DNA of 64,000 nt from an uncultured Chloroflexia bacterium (GTDB lineage: Bacteria > Chloroflexota > Limnocylindria > Limnocylindrales > CSP1-4), in assembly GCA_963752475.1 (NCBI GenBank), contig CAVVYR010000007.1:608570-672569 (forward strand). The letters run 5' to 3'. Below are positions 11,462 to 23,397 of this stretch, in pieces. Position numbers and translations under genes: made by a program. Numbering within the stretch: position 1 is the first letter of the stretch; every line of letters starts with the position of its first letter. Below the pieces are notes generated by a model. It searched no databases and was not told the DNA's origin. It saw only the letters and a program-made list of their open reading frames with translations.

Positions 11462-12453
11462 CAGCCGCGCTCCCCCCACCCGCTGTCGGCGGTCGTCGCC
11501 GCTGCCGGTGACGTGGCCGTGAGCGAGAGGAAGATCGACTCGAGGTCACTACCGGACTCGATGGCGCTGGCGTAGATGCCGGCCGCCGCAAGGGAGTAGT
11601 TGACCTCCGAGGCGCGCGTGGGGTCGATGCGGACGTCGAGCCAGCTGAGCCCGGGCGTCTCTGCGGGACGTGCCTCGACCGGGGCCCCCAGTGCGCCGAG
11701 CGCGGCCATCGCCGGCTGCAGCTCCACCTCCTGGACACGGGCCTTGACGTGTCCACCCTCGTTGAGCAGATCGCCGAGGTTGCCCTCACGGATGAGCCGC
11801 CCGCCGTTGACGATGCCCACGACGTCGGCCAGCTGCTGGACCTCCGGCAGGATGTGGCTGGAGACGAAGACGGTCTTGCCCTGTCGTGTCAGGTGCCGGA
11901 GCGTCTGACGCATGGCCACGATACCGCCGGGGTCGAGGCCGTTGGCCGGCTCGTCGAGTAGTAGTAGCTGCGGGTCTGAGAGGAGTGCCGCGGCGATGCC
12001 GAGCCGCTGCTTCATGCCCAGCGAGTAGCGGCCTGCCTTGTCCCGGCCACGATCAGCGAGGCCCACGAGGGCCAACACTTCGTCCACACGCGAGGCGGAC
12101 ACGCGGGCACCTGAGGCCGCCAGCGCCCGCAGGTTGTCACGGCCCGAGAGGTAGTCGTAGAAGACGGGCGACTCGACCAGGGCACCCACGTCATGGAGCA
12201 GGTCGCGCTGGCGCCAGGTGTACGGCTGGCCGAGGATCTCGATGTGGCCGGCATCGGGGCGGATGAGCCCGACGAGCAGGCGCATGAGCGTGGTCTTGCC
12301 CGCGCCGTTGGGGCCGAGGAAGCCGTAGACCACGCCGCGAGGCACCGCCAGATCGAGCCCCTGCAGGGCAGGCCGGGAGCCGTAGTGCTTGACCAGGCCT
12401 TGGGTTCGCAGCGCGAAGCCACCGGCCGGAGGCACCGTGACCGTCGCCGTCAC
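11461..12453 (-). CDS. ABC transporter ATP-binding protein (BcrA/DrrA-like exporter)
   Basis: [33 protein letters not shown]. Confidence 0.92.
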   Translation of the reverse strand: MTATVTVPPAGGFALRTQGLVKHYGSRPALQGLDLAVPRGVVYGFLGPNGAGKTTLMRLLVGLIRPDAGHIEILGQPYTWRQRDLLHDVGALVESPVFYDYLSGRDNLRALAASGARVSASRVDEVLALVGLADRGRDKAGRYSLGMKQRLGIAAALLSDPQLLLLDEPANGLDPGGIVAMRQTLRHLTRQGKTVFVSSHILPEVQQLADVVGIVNGGRLIREGNLGDLLNEGGHVKARVQEVELQPAMAALGALGAPVEARPAETPGLSWLDVRIDPTRASEVNYSLAAAGIYASAIESGSDLESIFLSLTATSPAAATTADSGWGERG

Positions 12454-13547
12454 GCCTGCGCCTCCGCTTCTGTCCGGCCTTCGCTGGTGACGCCGTCCCA
12501 GAGGCCCGGGTCTTCGCGCTCGGCACGCCGCGGCGGTGGGACCTCGTAGCCCATCACGCGCAGGTGCTCCCGCGCGAGCTCCGTGGCCACACGGCCCTGC
12601 GGAGTGCGATCGAGGAACCCGAGCTGCAGCAGGAAGGGCTCGTAGACGTCCTCGACGGTCTCCACGGACTCGCCGATGACGGCTGCGATGGCCGCGCCGC
12701 CGACGGGCCCCGAACCGAACTTCTGGATGATGGCCGCAAGCAGCCGACGATCGGTGGTGTCCAGGCCGGCATCGTCGATGTCCAGCGCGGCCATGGCCGC
12801 CTCCGCCTGGTCTTGCGTGATGCGGCCATCGCCCTTGACCTGGGCGTGGTCTCGCGTGCGACGCAACAACCGGTTGATGACGCGCGGCGTGCCACGGCCG
12901 CGCGAGGCCAGCATCTGGACGGCAACCTCGTCGATCTCCACGTCGAGGATGCTGGCCGAACGGCGCGCGATCTCGGCGAGCTCATCATCCGCGTAGTAGT
13001 CGAGGCGGTAGACGGCGCCGAAGCGATCGCGCAGTGGGGCCCCGATGCGGCCGGCACGGGTGGTGGCGCCGACGACGGTGAAGGGCTTCAGCGAGAGTCG
13101 CAGCGAGCGAGCGCTGGGGCCACGGCCGATCATGACGTCGATGGCGAAGTCCTCCATCGCCGGATAGAGGATCTCCTCCACCGAGTGGTTGAGCCGGTGG
13201 ATCTCATCGATGAAGAGGACGTCGCGCTCCTCGATGTTGGTGAGGATGGCGGCCAGATCGCCGGGGCGCTCGATAGCGGGACCGCTGGTGGTGTGGATGT
13301 TCACGCCCAGCTCGCGGGCGACGATGTTGGCCAGGGTGGTCTTGCCCAGGCCCGGCGGACCGTAGAGCAGCACGTGGTCCGCGGCCTCTTCGCGCTTGTT
13401 GGCTGCGGCCAACAAGATGGCCAGGTTGTCCTTGACCTGCGTCTGCCCGATGTACTCCTCGAGCTGACGCGGCCGCAGCGACGACTCGACGGTGTTCTCC
13501 TCGAGAGCCTCTACCTCAGGCGAGACCGGTCGCGCGTCGTCATCCAT
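12450..13547 (-). CDS. ruvB: Holliday junction helicase RuvB
   Basis: [52 protein letters not shown]. Confidence 0.98.
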   Translation of the reverse strand: MDDDARPVSPEVEALEENTVESSLRPRQLEEYIGQTQVKDNLAILLAAANKREEAADHVLLYGPPGLGKTTLANIVARELGVNIHTTSGPAIERPGDLAAILTNIEERDVLFIDEIHRLNHSVEEILYPAMEDFAIDVMIGRGPSARSLRLSLKPFTVVGATTRAGRIGAPLRDRFGAVYRLDYYADDELAEIARRSASILDVEIDEVAVQMLASRGRGTPRVINRLLRRTRDHAQVKGDGRITQDQAEAAMAALDIDDAGLDTTDRRLLAAIIQKFGSGPVGGAAIAAVIGESVETVEDVYEPFLLQLGFLDRTPQGRVATELAREHLRVMGYEVPPPRRAEREDPGLWDGVTSEGRTEAEAQA

Positions 13548-13555
13548 CGGGTTCG

Positions 13556-13564
13556 AGTCTAGCA
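13556..13564 (-). promoter_or_regulatory. Extended -10 element of a probable leaderless ruvB promoter
   Basis: TGcTAGACT lies 8 nt upstream of the ATG and there is no SD. Confidence 0.55.
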
Positions 13565-13581
13565 GAGGATCGCGGATAATG

Positions 13582-13593
13582 GAACAGACGTTC
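13582..13593. promoter_or_regulatory. LexA (Cheo-type) SOS box
   Basis: GAAC-AGAC-GTTC, an exact GAAC-N4-GTTC match between ruvA and ruvB, over the expected -35 region. Confidence 0.65.
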
Positions 13594-14171
13594 TACTGCC
13601 GCAGGCTGCCCAGGGCTTCCTTGACCCGGTCCTCGAGCGAGGCGTCCGGCGGCAGCGCGGCCACTGCTTCGCGGGCCACATCGCGGCCCTCTCGCGAGCT
13701 GTAGCCGAGGGCTTCGAGCGCGGCCACGACTTCGGCCTCACCGCCCCCATCGCTGGTGGCGGCGGTGCCCGCGGCGTCGACCTTCTCCTTGAGCTCCAGC
13801 ACGATGCGTCCGGCGAGGCGCTTGCCCACCCCGGAGACGGCGGTCAGCACCGCGTCGTCGCCCTGCAGGATGGCCAACTGCAGATCGGCCACCGGTCGCG
13901 ACGAGACGATGGCCAGGCCGACCTTGGGGCCGACACCGCTGACGGTCGTGATGAGCTCGAAGAACGCCAGCTCCTCGGTCGTCCTGAAGCCGTAGAGGGC
14001 TTGCACGTCCTCACGCACGAGATGGTGCGTATGCAGCTTCACGCGCTGCCCGGTGGAGACGCCAGCCAAGGTGGCCGGTCCGAGGTAGACGCGATAGCCG
14101 ACGCCGTTGACCTCGAGCACGACGTCGGTGCCGCTGACCTGGGTGATGGCCCCGTCGAGCGAGGCGATCAT
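13593..14171 (-). CDS. ruvA: Holliday junction branch migration protein RuvA
   Basis: MIASLDG, EVNGVGY, LYGF, VSGVGPK, ALEALGY. Confidence 0.96.
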   Translation of the reverse strand: MIASLDGAITQVSGTDVVLEVNGVGYRVYLGPATLAGVSTGQRVKLHTHHLVREDVQALYGFRTTEELAFFELITTVSGVGPKVGLAIVSSRPVADLQLAILQGDDAVLTAVSGVGKRLAGRIVLELKEKVDAAGTAATSDGGGEAEVVAALEALGYSSREGRDVAREAVAALPPDASLEDRVKEALGSLRQ

Positions 14172-14659
14172 GCGTGGACCGCCTTGTCCGGCGTCACCGC
14201 GTGCGCCGTGCACACGGCCACCGCGAGGGCATCGGCCGCGTCGTCGGGTTTGGGCAGCTCCTTCATCGAGAGCACCAGCTGGACCATGCGCTGGACCTGG
14301 TCCTTGGGTGCGCGGCCGTAGCCGGTGACGGCCATCTTGACCTCGTGTGGTCCGTACTCGAGCACCGGCAGGCCGTGCTGGGCGGCTGTGAGCAGGACCA
14401 CGCCGCGAGCCTGGCCCACGGCCATGGCCGTCTGCACGTTCTTGTTGAAGAAGAGTCGCTCCACGCCCACGGCCTCCGGGCGGTACGTCTCGATGAGGTC
14501 GTCGATGCCCTCGTGGATGAGGAGCAGGCGCCCCGAAAGCGGTCGGTCGTTGATGGTCTCGAGGCAGCCGTAGTCGAGCATGGTCAACTGGCTCCCCTGC
14601 CGTTCGACGACGCCGTATCCGAGACGGGCGGTGCCGGGGTCGATCCCCAGCACGATCAC
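14168..14659 (-). CDS. ruvC: Holliday junction resolvase RuvC
   Basis: [37 protein letters not shown]. Confidence 0.97.
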   Translation of the reverse strand: MIVLGIDPGTARLGYGVVERQGSQLTMLDYGCLETINDRPLSGRLLLIHEGIDDLIETYRPEAVGVERLFFNKNVQTAMAVGQARGVVLLTAAQHGLPVLEYGPHEVKMAVTGYGRAPKDQVQRMVQLVLSMKELPKPDDAADALAVAVCTAHAVTPDKAVHA

Positions 14660-15408
14660 GAGTCGGCGGCCTCGGCCAGGATCTCGTCGGGCAGCTCGAA
14701 GTTCGCGGTCACACGCTGGACGTCATCGCTGTCCTCGAGGGCTTCGATGAGCTTGAGGTTGGAGCGAGCCTTGTCGATCTCTACCTCGATGGGGGTGGTG
14801 GCCACCATGGCCAGCTCGGCCGAGTCGATCTTCACGCCCGCACTCTCGAGCGCTGCCTGCACGCTCATCAGGTCGGTCGGCTCCGTAGCGATCTCGAGGG
14901 GATCGGCTTCCGCGTCGACGTCGGAAGCACCCGCATCGATGGCCGCGAGGGCGATGTCATCGGGGTCGCCGGCGCCAGCCTCGACGCTGATCAGGCCACG
15001 CTGCTCGAACTGCCAGGCCACGCTGCCCTGCCCTGCCAGCTGGCCGCCGGCCTTGGAGAAGATGGAACGCACCTCGGCGGCCGTGCGATTCTTGTTGTCG
15101 GTGGCCGTCTCCACGACGAGCGCCACGCCGCCGGGACCGTAGCCCTCGTAGGTGATCTCCTCGTACTCGATGGCCTTGTCGCCGCCTGTCGCGCGTTCGA
15201 TGGCGCGCTTGATGTTGTCCGCCGGCATGTTGGCGACGCGAGCCTTGTCGACCGCGAGCCTGAGGCGGTAGTTCGCGTCCAGGTCCCCGCCTCCTTCGCG
15301 GGCCGCGATGCTGATCTCCTTACCCAGCTTGGTGAACAGCGCACCACGCTTGGCGTCGTTGGCGCCCTTCTGGCGCTTGATGGTTGACCACTTGGAATGT
15401 CCGGACAT
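14656..15408 (-). CDS. yebC: YebC/PmpR family protein
   Basis: [30 protein letters not shown]. Canonical yebC-ruvCAB order. Confidence 0.96.
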   Translation of the reverse strand: MSGHSKWSTIKRQKGANDAKRGALFTKLGKEISIAAREGGGDLDANYRLRLAVDKARVANMPADNIKRAIERATGGDKAIEYEEITYEGYGPGGVALVVETATDNKNRTAAEVRSIFSKAGGQLAGQGSVAWQFEQRGLISVEAGAGDPDDIALAAIDAGASDVDAEADPLEIATEPTDLMSVQAALESAGVKIDSAELAMVATTPIEVEIDKARSNLKLIEALEDSDDVQRVTANFELPDEILAEAADS

Positions 15409-15519
15409 GACTCAAGGATTCTATATGATGGTCGCTACGAACCCGACTCGGTCGGCCCGAGGGACGAGGCCAGCCCAGATGCCTCCGCCGACCCCACTCG
15501 CCAATAGGGAGGTCAGCGC

Positions 15520-17592
15520 GTGCCGCACGTCGATATCTCGAAGCTCCGTAGCGTTGTGCTTGCCGGACATGCAGGGTCCGGAAAGACGACCATCGCCGAG
15601 CACCTGCTCCACAAGGCCGGCGTCATCAACCGCATGGGTTCCGTCAACGACGGCACCGCCTCGCTCGACTTCGAGCCGGAGGAGCAGAAGCGGCAGATCT
15701 CGCTCTCGCTCGCGGCCAACACCTTCGACCGCGAGGGCAGCCACGTCACGCTCATCGACACGCCAGGCTATGCCGACTTCGTGGGGGAGGTCATCAGCGG
15801 TTTCGCGGCGGCTGATGGCACACTGATCACGGTGGACGCCTCCGGCGGCGTCGAGGCCGGCACCGAGACCGCCGTGCGCCTCTCGCGATCGACCAACACC
15901 CCGGCCATCTTCGTCATCACCCGCTGCGAGCGGGAGAACGCCGATCCCACGGCCACGCTCGATGCGCTGCGCACGGAGTTCGGCAGCAAGATCGCGCCCA
16001 TCCAGATCGCCATCGGCAAGGGGGAGACCTTCTCTGGCTATGTGGACCTGGTCCACGGCAAGGCCTACGAGTACTCGAACGGCAACCGTGAAGAGGTGCC
16101 GGTCCCCGAGGACATGGTCGATGAGGTCGCGACCCGCCGCGAGCAGTTGCTCGAGGCCGCGGCCGACGCTGACGACGACGTGCTGATGAAGTTCCTCGAG
16201 GGCGAGGCAGTCAGCGACGAGGAGCTCGAGCTGTGCTTGCACAAGGGTGTCAAGGACTCCGTCCTGGCGCCGGTGATGGTCACGTCGGCCAACCAGGACG
16301 TGGGCATGAGCGCGATGCTCGACGCCATCATCCGCTACCTGCCGACGCCGCTCGAGGAGCCGCCGGTCAAGGCCATCGACAACCGCGGTGACGAGGTCGA
16401 GGTCGGCGCCGATCCCGACGGTCCACTGCTGGCGCAGGTCTTCAAGACCACGGCCGACCCCTTCGTCGGGCGCCTCACCTACTTCCGCGTGTGGTCGGGC
16501 AGGGTCAAGTCCAACGACAAGGTGTGGAACGCTGAGAAGGGCGAGGAAGAGCGCATCCAGCAGGTCTTCTACATCAAGGGTGCCGAGCAGGAGCCGGTGG
16601 ATGAGGTCCGCGCCGGTGAGATCGGTGCCGTGGCCAAGCTGGCCCACACCGTCACCGGCGACACGCTCTCCCGCAGGGAGACGCCGCTGACGATGGCGCC
16701 CATCGAGTACCCCGAGCCGACCCTGCCGGTGGCCGTCGAGCCCGCCAGCAAGGCCGATCTCGACAAGCTCTCCACCTCGCTCACCCGCCTGCAGGAGGAG
16801 GATCCTACGCTCAAGGTCGAGCGCAGCCCCGAGACCGGCGAGCAGTTGATGTGGGCCCAGGGTGAGAACCAGATCCAGGTCGCGGGCGAGCGCCTCACGC
16901 GCAAGTTCAGCACGACCATCGTGACCAGCCAGCCGCGCGTGCCCTATCGCGAGACCATCCGTGGCACGGCCAAGGTCGAGGGTCGCCACAAGAAGCAGAC
17001 CGGCGGTCGCGGCCAGTTCGGCCACGTCTGGCTGGAGATCAGCCCCAACCCCGGTGGTGGCGTCGAGTTCGAGACCAAGGTCGTCGGCGGCGTCGTACCC
17101 AAGCAGTTCTTCCCCGGCGTAGAGAAGGGTGTGCGCGCGGTGGCCGAGAAGGGCCCGACCGCCGGCTACCCCGTCATCGACTTCAAGGCCAAGCTCTACG
17201 ACGGCTCCTTCCACACCGTCGACTCCGACGAGCTGAGCTTCCGACTGGCCGGCTCGGCTGCGACTCGCAAGGGCATCGCCGAGGCCAAGCCCATCCTGCT
17301 CGAGCCCATCATGGAGATCGTGGTCCGCGTTCCCGAGCAGTACATGGGTGAGGTGAACCGCGACCTCAACACCCGTCGTGGCCGCCTCCTGGGCATGGAC
17401 GCCGAGGGTGGTCAGCAGATCCTCTCGGCCCACGTGCCGCAGGCGGAGCTGTCCACCTACGCCACGGAGCTGCGCTCCATCACCGGAGGTCGCGGCACCT
17501 TCAAGGCCAAGCTGGCGCAGTACGAGGAGGTGCCCTCACACGTGGCCCAGAAGGTCATCGACGAGCACACGGCCGAGGAGGAGGAGGCCTAG
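15520..17592 (+). CDS. Elongation factor G paralog (EF-G2 / FusA2 type)
   Basis: GHAGSGKTT, DTPG, KKQTGGRGQFG, DGSFHTVDS, ELRSITGGRG. Not in the str operon, and G2/G4 motifs diverge. GGGAGG SD. Confidence 0.93.
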   Translation: MPHVDISKLRSVVLAGHAGSGKTTIAEHLLHKAGVINRMGSVNDGTASLDFEPEEQKRQISLSLAANTFDREGSHVTLIDTPGYADFVGEVISGFAAADGTLITVDASGGVEAGTETAVRLSRSTNTPAIFVITRCERENADPTATLDALRTEFGSKIAPIQIAIGKGETFSGYVDLVHGKAYEYSNGNREEVPVPEDMVDEVATRREQLLEAAADADDDVLMKFLEGEAVSDEELELCLHKGVKDSVLAPVMVTSANQDVGMSAMLDAIIRYLPTPLEEPPVKAIDNRGDEVEVGADPDGPLLAQVFKTTADPFVGRLTYFRVWSGRVKSNDKVWNAEKGEEERIQQVFYIKGAEQEPVDEVRAGEIGAVAKLAHTVTGDTLSRRETPLTMAPIEYPEPTLPVAVEPASKADLDKLSTSLTRLQEEDPTLKVERSPETGEQLMWAQGENQIQVAGERLTRKFSTTIVTSQPRVPYRETIRGTAKVEGRHKKQTGGRGQFGHVWLEISPNPGGGVEFETKVVGGVVPKQFFPGVEKGVRAVAEKGPTAGYPVIDFKAKLYDGSFHTVDSDELSFRLAGSAATRKGIAEAKPILLEPIMEIVVRVPEQYMGEVNRDLNTRRGRLLGMDAEGGQQILSAHVPQAELSTYATELRSITGGRGTFKAKLAQYEEVPSHVAQKVIDEHTAEEEEA

Positions 17593-17622
17593 CGCCTACC
17601 CTCACCCACACCGCGCCTCATC

Positions 17623-17659
17623 CGCCGGTCGACCCCCGAGGTCGGCCGGCGTTCTTCTT
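17623..17659 (+). terminator. Intrinsic terminator after the EF-G paralog
   Basis: 12-bp stem cgccggtcgacc/ggtcggccggcg followed by ttcttctt. Confidence 0.7.
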
Positions 17660-17734
17660 CGTCCCCGCCCCCAGCGAGTAGCCTTCGCCAGGTTGTGGGG
17701 CTCGATCGGCATTCGTCGCCCCGGCCCTCCGGGG

Positions 17735-19114
17735 TCACGGGTCGTCACCCCACGGTGCCGCTCCGTCGTCAGTGTCAGATGTGCAGATGGCTTCGACCGA
17801 GCCACTCCAATCGAAGGTCCCAAGAAGCGTACGTGTGGTGCGGATGTCCGTCTCATATTCGTCGACGGCAGGGACGTGCTCGGAGGCCAGGACCGTCTCG
17901 TGGCAGGCGCTTGCCTCCCCGGCGCGGTAGTACGCCAGCTTGGCTGTGACCGCGACCTGACTCGGTTCGGTGGCCCAGTACACTCCGCCCTCGCCATCAC
18001 GCAGCGCGCAGAGCCCCGACGACATCGCGGTCACCGCGAACGAGCCGTCGTGCTGGACCCAGACGACGTTGGCGCCGTTGATGGATTTGTCGTCCGTGAG
18101 CACGATGGGGGGACGTGCTCCGCAGATGATGGCCTCCTGGCTGCAACCCCCGGTATAGGCGGCCCATGCACCACGGAACGGGTCCGAGAGCGCGGCGGGC
18201 GCTTCACCCTCGACCTCCGGAGACGCGGAGCCGTCGGTGACCACGTACTGGAATATCGCGCTGTCGTGGTGGGACGGCCATTCGACCGTGACCAGCAGGG
18301 CATCCTCGGCGTAGGGCGGCAAGGGCGCGATGCTCCCGCCGTCGTCGCAGGTCACCGAGATCGCGGTCGGCTCTGCCGCACCGCCGCTCGCAGCGGCCTC
18401 CGACCCTGCGGCCCCGCCGTCACCTGTCTGTGGCTCATCGCAGATCTCGGCCAGTGCGTCGTCGAGGCTCGTGGCATCGGCCCCGACGACCTTCCGTGCG
18501 ATGGCTCGAACGGCTAGGTCCTTGCCTTCCTCCTTCAGCGCCTTGGCGAAGGCCTTGCGGCCGACCGACCTGATGGCCGCCCCGCTGAGGGTGCCCTGGG
18601 TGACGTAGATGAGAGCCAGCTCCGGGATGGCCTGCTTGACGGCTCGTTTCACGGCTTTGGCGAGCGGCTTCATCACGGATCGATCCAGGAAGCGACCGAG
18701 CTTGGTCATCGCCTTCTGATGGTTGCCTCTGACATGTCGCAGCCCCTTGACGTAGGCCGCTAGCTGGGCGTCGACATGGCCATACATCTTCTCCACGGCC
18801 CGACGTTCACAGGCCTCGTCCCGTCCGATCTGGCGGAGTGCCTGTCGCTTCTCCTTGGCCAGGCGTTCACGTTCGAGCTTGGCCTCCGTGAGCTGGCCCT
18901 CGATGACCTCGCGCATGGTGCTGTCCATCGCCTTCCAGGCGGCGCCGGACGGCTGGTCGGCAGCGGCGATGATGGCCCGCGTGGAGATCCGGAAGGCGAC
19001 CGCGTCATCGAGTGTGTGCCGTTCGCCGCGCTCGGCTGCCACGGTCACGCCCGGGAACGAGCCTGCCAGGAGCACGATCACGAGGATCATGGCGATCGGG
19101 TGACCTCGGTTCAC
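17735..19114 (-). CDS. Secreted hypothetical protein (459 aa)
   Basis: Long ORF with a signal-peptide-like N-terminus. GTG start overlaps the upstream stop. No family recognised. Confidence 0.75.
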   Translation of the reverse strand: MNRGHPIAMILVIVLLAGSFPGVTVAAERGERHTLDDAVAFRISTRAIIAAADQPSGAAWKAMDSTMREVIEGQLTEAKLERERLAKEKRQALRQIGRDEACERRAVEKMYGHVDAQLAAYVKGLRHVRGNHQKAMTKLGRFLDRSVMKPLAKAVKRAVKQAIPELALIYVTQGTLSGAAIRSVGRKAFAKALKEEGKDLAVRAIARKVVGADATSLDDALAEICDEPQTGDGGAAGSEAAASGGAAEPTAISVTCDDGGSIAPLPPYAEDALLVTVEWPSHHDSAIFQYVVTDGSASPEVEGEAPAALSDPFRGAWAAYTGGCSQEAIICGARPPIVLTDDKSINGANVVWVQHDGSFAVTAMSSGLCALRDGEGGVYWATEPSQVAVTAKLAYYRAGEASACHETVLASEHVPAVDEYETDIRTTRTLLGTFDWSGSVEAICTSDTDDGAAPWGDDP

Positions 19115-19722
19115 GGCTGTGACCCCGCGGACTCCTCGGCCTCGAGTGCCAAGGCTTCTACGTAGACCAACTCGTCATCCTTCATGCCCCAGATCAAGCG
19201 GTCGCCGAAGTACAGGTCACCGCCCTTGACGAGGTCCTTGACGGGTCCGCCGATGAAGTCGGACAACCCCGTCGCCGTCACCAGCTCGTCGAGGCTCATG
19301 AACGCCTCGAACACATCGGGGTCGTAGGGCACCGGATCGGCGATCTGGCCTGGCGGGACCTCGACCGGCTCGCGGGAGATGAGTCCTTCGCCGGTGAAGG
19401 AGAACTCGAGCCCTTGGTCGTAGTACGTCCACTGCTCGACCCTGACGGTGCGTGAGGCACCGTCGCCCGGGGCTTCCTCGTAGAACAGGATGGCGAAGGC
19501 GTCGGGCGGTCCGTGCTCCGAACGGATATCGGATCGGGCTCCCGAGCCGGCCTCCCGGTGGGTCGCGTCAGCCCCATGCTCTTCGGTCACCGGTTCGTCC
19601 TGGCCCATGACGGGTGCACTCGTCGACAGGGCTGCGACGAGGGTCAGGGTCACGAGAGCGACCATCGGACGCACCACCTCGCGGACGGTCGGCGCCATCA
19701 GGCTGTCCCCCACAGCGGTCAC
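19111..19722 (-). CDS. Secreted acidic hypothetical protein
   Basis: Signal-like segment VALVTLTLVAALSTSAPVMG-QD followed by a beta-rich acidic body. Start could be the later ATG. Confidence 0.75.
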   Translation of the reverse strand: MTAVGDSLMAPTVREVVRPMVALVTLTLVAALSTSAPVMGQDEPVTEEHGADATHREAGSGARSDIRSEHGPPDAFAILFYEEAPGDGASRTVRVEQWTYYDQGLEFSFTGEGLISREPVEVPPGQIADPVPYDPDVFEAFMSLDELVTATGLSDFIGGPVKDLVKGGDLYFGDRLIWGMKDDELVYVEALALEAEESAGSQP

Positions 19723-19767
19723 GTTGCCGCCACAAGCGTACTCCTCGCGAGACGCTCCGCGTACCCC

Positions 19768-21447
<1,680 letters not shown>

Positions 21448-21595
21448 GCGGCTAGGGTAGCGACCCTCAGCCATCGGCCGCGTGAAGGAGCTGATCGACT
21501 GGACCGACATGCGAAGATGGCGCCTCTGTCGTGGCGTGGTGACGAAGCGGTCGTGGCCCGGCGACGAGTCGTTGGGGGACAGGAGGTAACGCACC

Positions 21596-22549
21596 ATGGG
21601 CCGAGCAGCGCGCCGTGTCGTCGATGTCACTACCAACGTCATGCTCGTGCTGACCCTCGGGCTCGTCGCGGGCCTGACACCGGCGACGGCACAGGACGAC
21701 GCCGATACGCTCGCGCTGGACGACCCGGCAGCCGTCGAGGCCATCCTCGAGGCCCTGGTCGACGAGATCGAACGGACGGACGCGATGCTCGAAGGATTGG
21801 AGCAGGCACGCCAACAGGGCTATCCGGCGTTCGTGCTTTCCTCCGGGCGAGTGATCGAGCTCCGGCCCGTCGAGGCCACCCTCATCGTGGCCATGTCCAG
21901 GAGCGGCGGCGAACTGCCCGCAGATCCGGCTTTGCAGTTCCGCCTCGCGGAGGCGTTCGCGTCGGCCCGGGACCGGGGCCGTGACCTCGACACAGGCCCG
22001 TGGGTCGATGACGTCACCAGGGAAGAGCTCGATGCGTACTGGCAGCGTCTGGGGGAGATCTACGGCACGACCGAGGATCGACTGCGCGACCAGCGCGAGC
22101 GGCTCGTGGGCATGCTCGACGAACTTGGCACCCTCGCCGAGGACGTGGAGGCGAGCGCCACGTCGGACGATGGCGATGGCTTCGGCGGTGCCCGGGAGCT
22201 AGCGAGCGCCGAAGGCCCCTACCGCGACAGCTGCGTGTTCCGGACCGGCTACTTCCTGGATCGGTCGCGGTTCCCGGAAACCCAGGTCGTCGCCTGGAGG
22301 CTCGACGACTTCGACCCGTCGCGTGCACGCTTCGAGTTCGCTGCCGCCACCCCTGACGAGGAGGCCGACGACCCGAGCCACCGCATCGAGAGGATGCGCC
22401 AGGACGTCGCCGCGATCGAGGAGGCCGCGGTCGTGTTCGACGGCGGCTTCGCCGGGTTCTGTGCGTGGGCAGCGTCGACCTGCCCGGACGCCAGCCCCAA
22501 GTTCGGCGGTGACCCGGTGTGTGAGGACGGCCGACCCGTGACCGACTGA
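21596..22549 (+). CDS. Secreted hypothetical protein (317 aa)
   Basis: AGGAGG SD, signal peptide ending ATA-QD, acidic helical body, four Cys near the C-terminus. Confidence 0.75.
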   Translation: MGRAARRVVDVTTNVMLVLTLGLVAGLTPATAQDDADTLALDDPAAVEAILEALVDEIERTDAMLEGLEQARQQGYPAFVLSSGRVIELRPVEATLIVAMSRSGGELPADPALQFRLAEAFASARDRGRDLDTGPWVDDVTREELDAYWQRLGEIYGTTEDRLRDQRERLVGMLDELGTLAEDVEASATSDDGDGFGGARELASAEGPYRDSCVFRTGYFLDRSRFPETQVVAWRLDDFDPSRARFEFAAATPDEEADDPSHRIERMRQDVAAIEEAAVVFDGGFAGFCAWAASTCPDASPKFGGDPVCEDGRPVTD

Positions 22550-22577
22550 CGGCTCGGCCGCGTGTGAGATCCCCGTG

Positions 22578-23312
22578 TCATTCGACCGTGCCGGCAGCCA
22601 CCGCCAGGCCCTCGGCCAGGCTGAAGGCGCCCTCGTAGAGAGCACGGCCGGTGATGGCGGCCTCGAACCCGCGAGCCGCGAGCTCGCGCACGTCGGACAG
22701 TGACGCGACGCCGGCGGAGGCGATGATGGCCGCTCCCGGCACGGCCTCCCGGACCGACTCGAGCAGCTCGTAATCCGGGCCGCTCATCTGCCCGTCGCGG
22801 GCGATGGCGGTGACGGCGAACCAGCGGACCCCCTTCTCGGCCAGCGTCTGCGCGAGACCGATGGCCTCGGCCCCGCGGGCGCCCTCGACCCAGCCGTCGC
22901 CCAGGGCCTGTCCATCACGCACGTCGAGCGCCGACACGATGCGATCGGGTCCGTACCGCTCTACCAGGATCTTGGCCAGCAGCGGGCTCGAGATCAGCGC
23001 CGAGCCCAGTACCAGCCGGTCGGCCCCTGCGGCGAGCCCCGCAGCCACGGCGTCAGCGTCGCGGATGCCGCCGGCGACCTGGCAGGGCACATCGACGCCG
23101 GCCACGACCCGCGAGATGACCTCCGCCTGCATGGCCCTCCCCTCGCGCGCGGCATCGAGGTCGACGATGTGGATGCGCGAAGCGCCGGCAGCCTCGAACT
23201 CGCGGGCCACGGCCACGGGATCGTCGCCGTACTCGGTGACCGCGTCATAGGCGCCCTTCGACAGGCGCACCACGCGCCCACCCAACAGGTCGATGGCCGG
23301 GATCAACTCCAC
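22578..23312 (-). CDS. hisA: ProFAR isomerase HisA
   Basis: LIPAIDL, HIVDLDAA, QVAGGIR, RDGQMSGP, GRALYEG. Confidence 0.94.
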   Translation of the reverse strand: MELIPAIDLLGGRVVRLSKGAYDAVTEYGDDPVAVAREFEAAGASRIHIVDLDAAREGRAMQAEVISRVVAGVDVPCQVAGGIRDADAVAAGLAAGADRLVLGSALISSPLLAKILVERYGPDRIVSALDVRDGQALGDGWVEGARGAEAIGLAQTLAEKGVRWFAVTAIARDGQMSGPDYELLESVREAVPGAAIIASAGVASLSDVRELAARGFEAAITGRALYEGAFSLAEGLAVAAGTVE

Positions 23313-23332
23313 GCTCGGACCCCCCTCTCATC

Positions 23333-23368
23333 GTTGTAGCGTTGTAGCATGCTACTATGCTAGCATAG
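23333..23368. promoter_or_regulatory. Divergent his promoter/operator with tandem repeats and palindromes
   Basis: GTTGTAGC x2, palindromes GTAGCATGCTAC (23344-55) and CTATGCTAGCATAG (23355-68), extended -10 elements TGcTACTAT and TGcTAGCAT. Confidence 0.6.
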
Positions 23369-23397
23369 CGATACGGACCCACGCCCAGCAGGAGACC

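Noticed and set aside
15421-17433. Long antisense ORFs (also 50100-52817, 40065-41870, 35902-37671 and others)
   Set aside because: These are shadow frames opposite well-conserved genes, expected in high-GC DNA, and carry no motifs.
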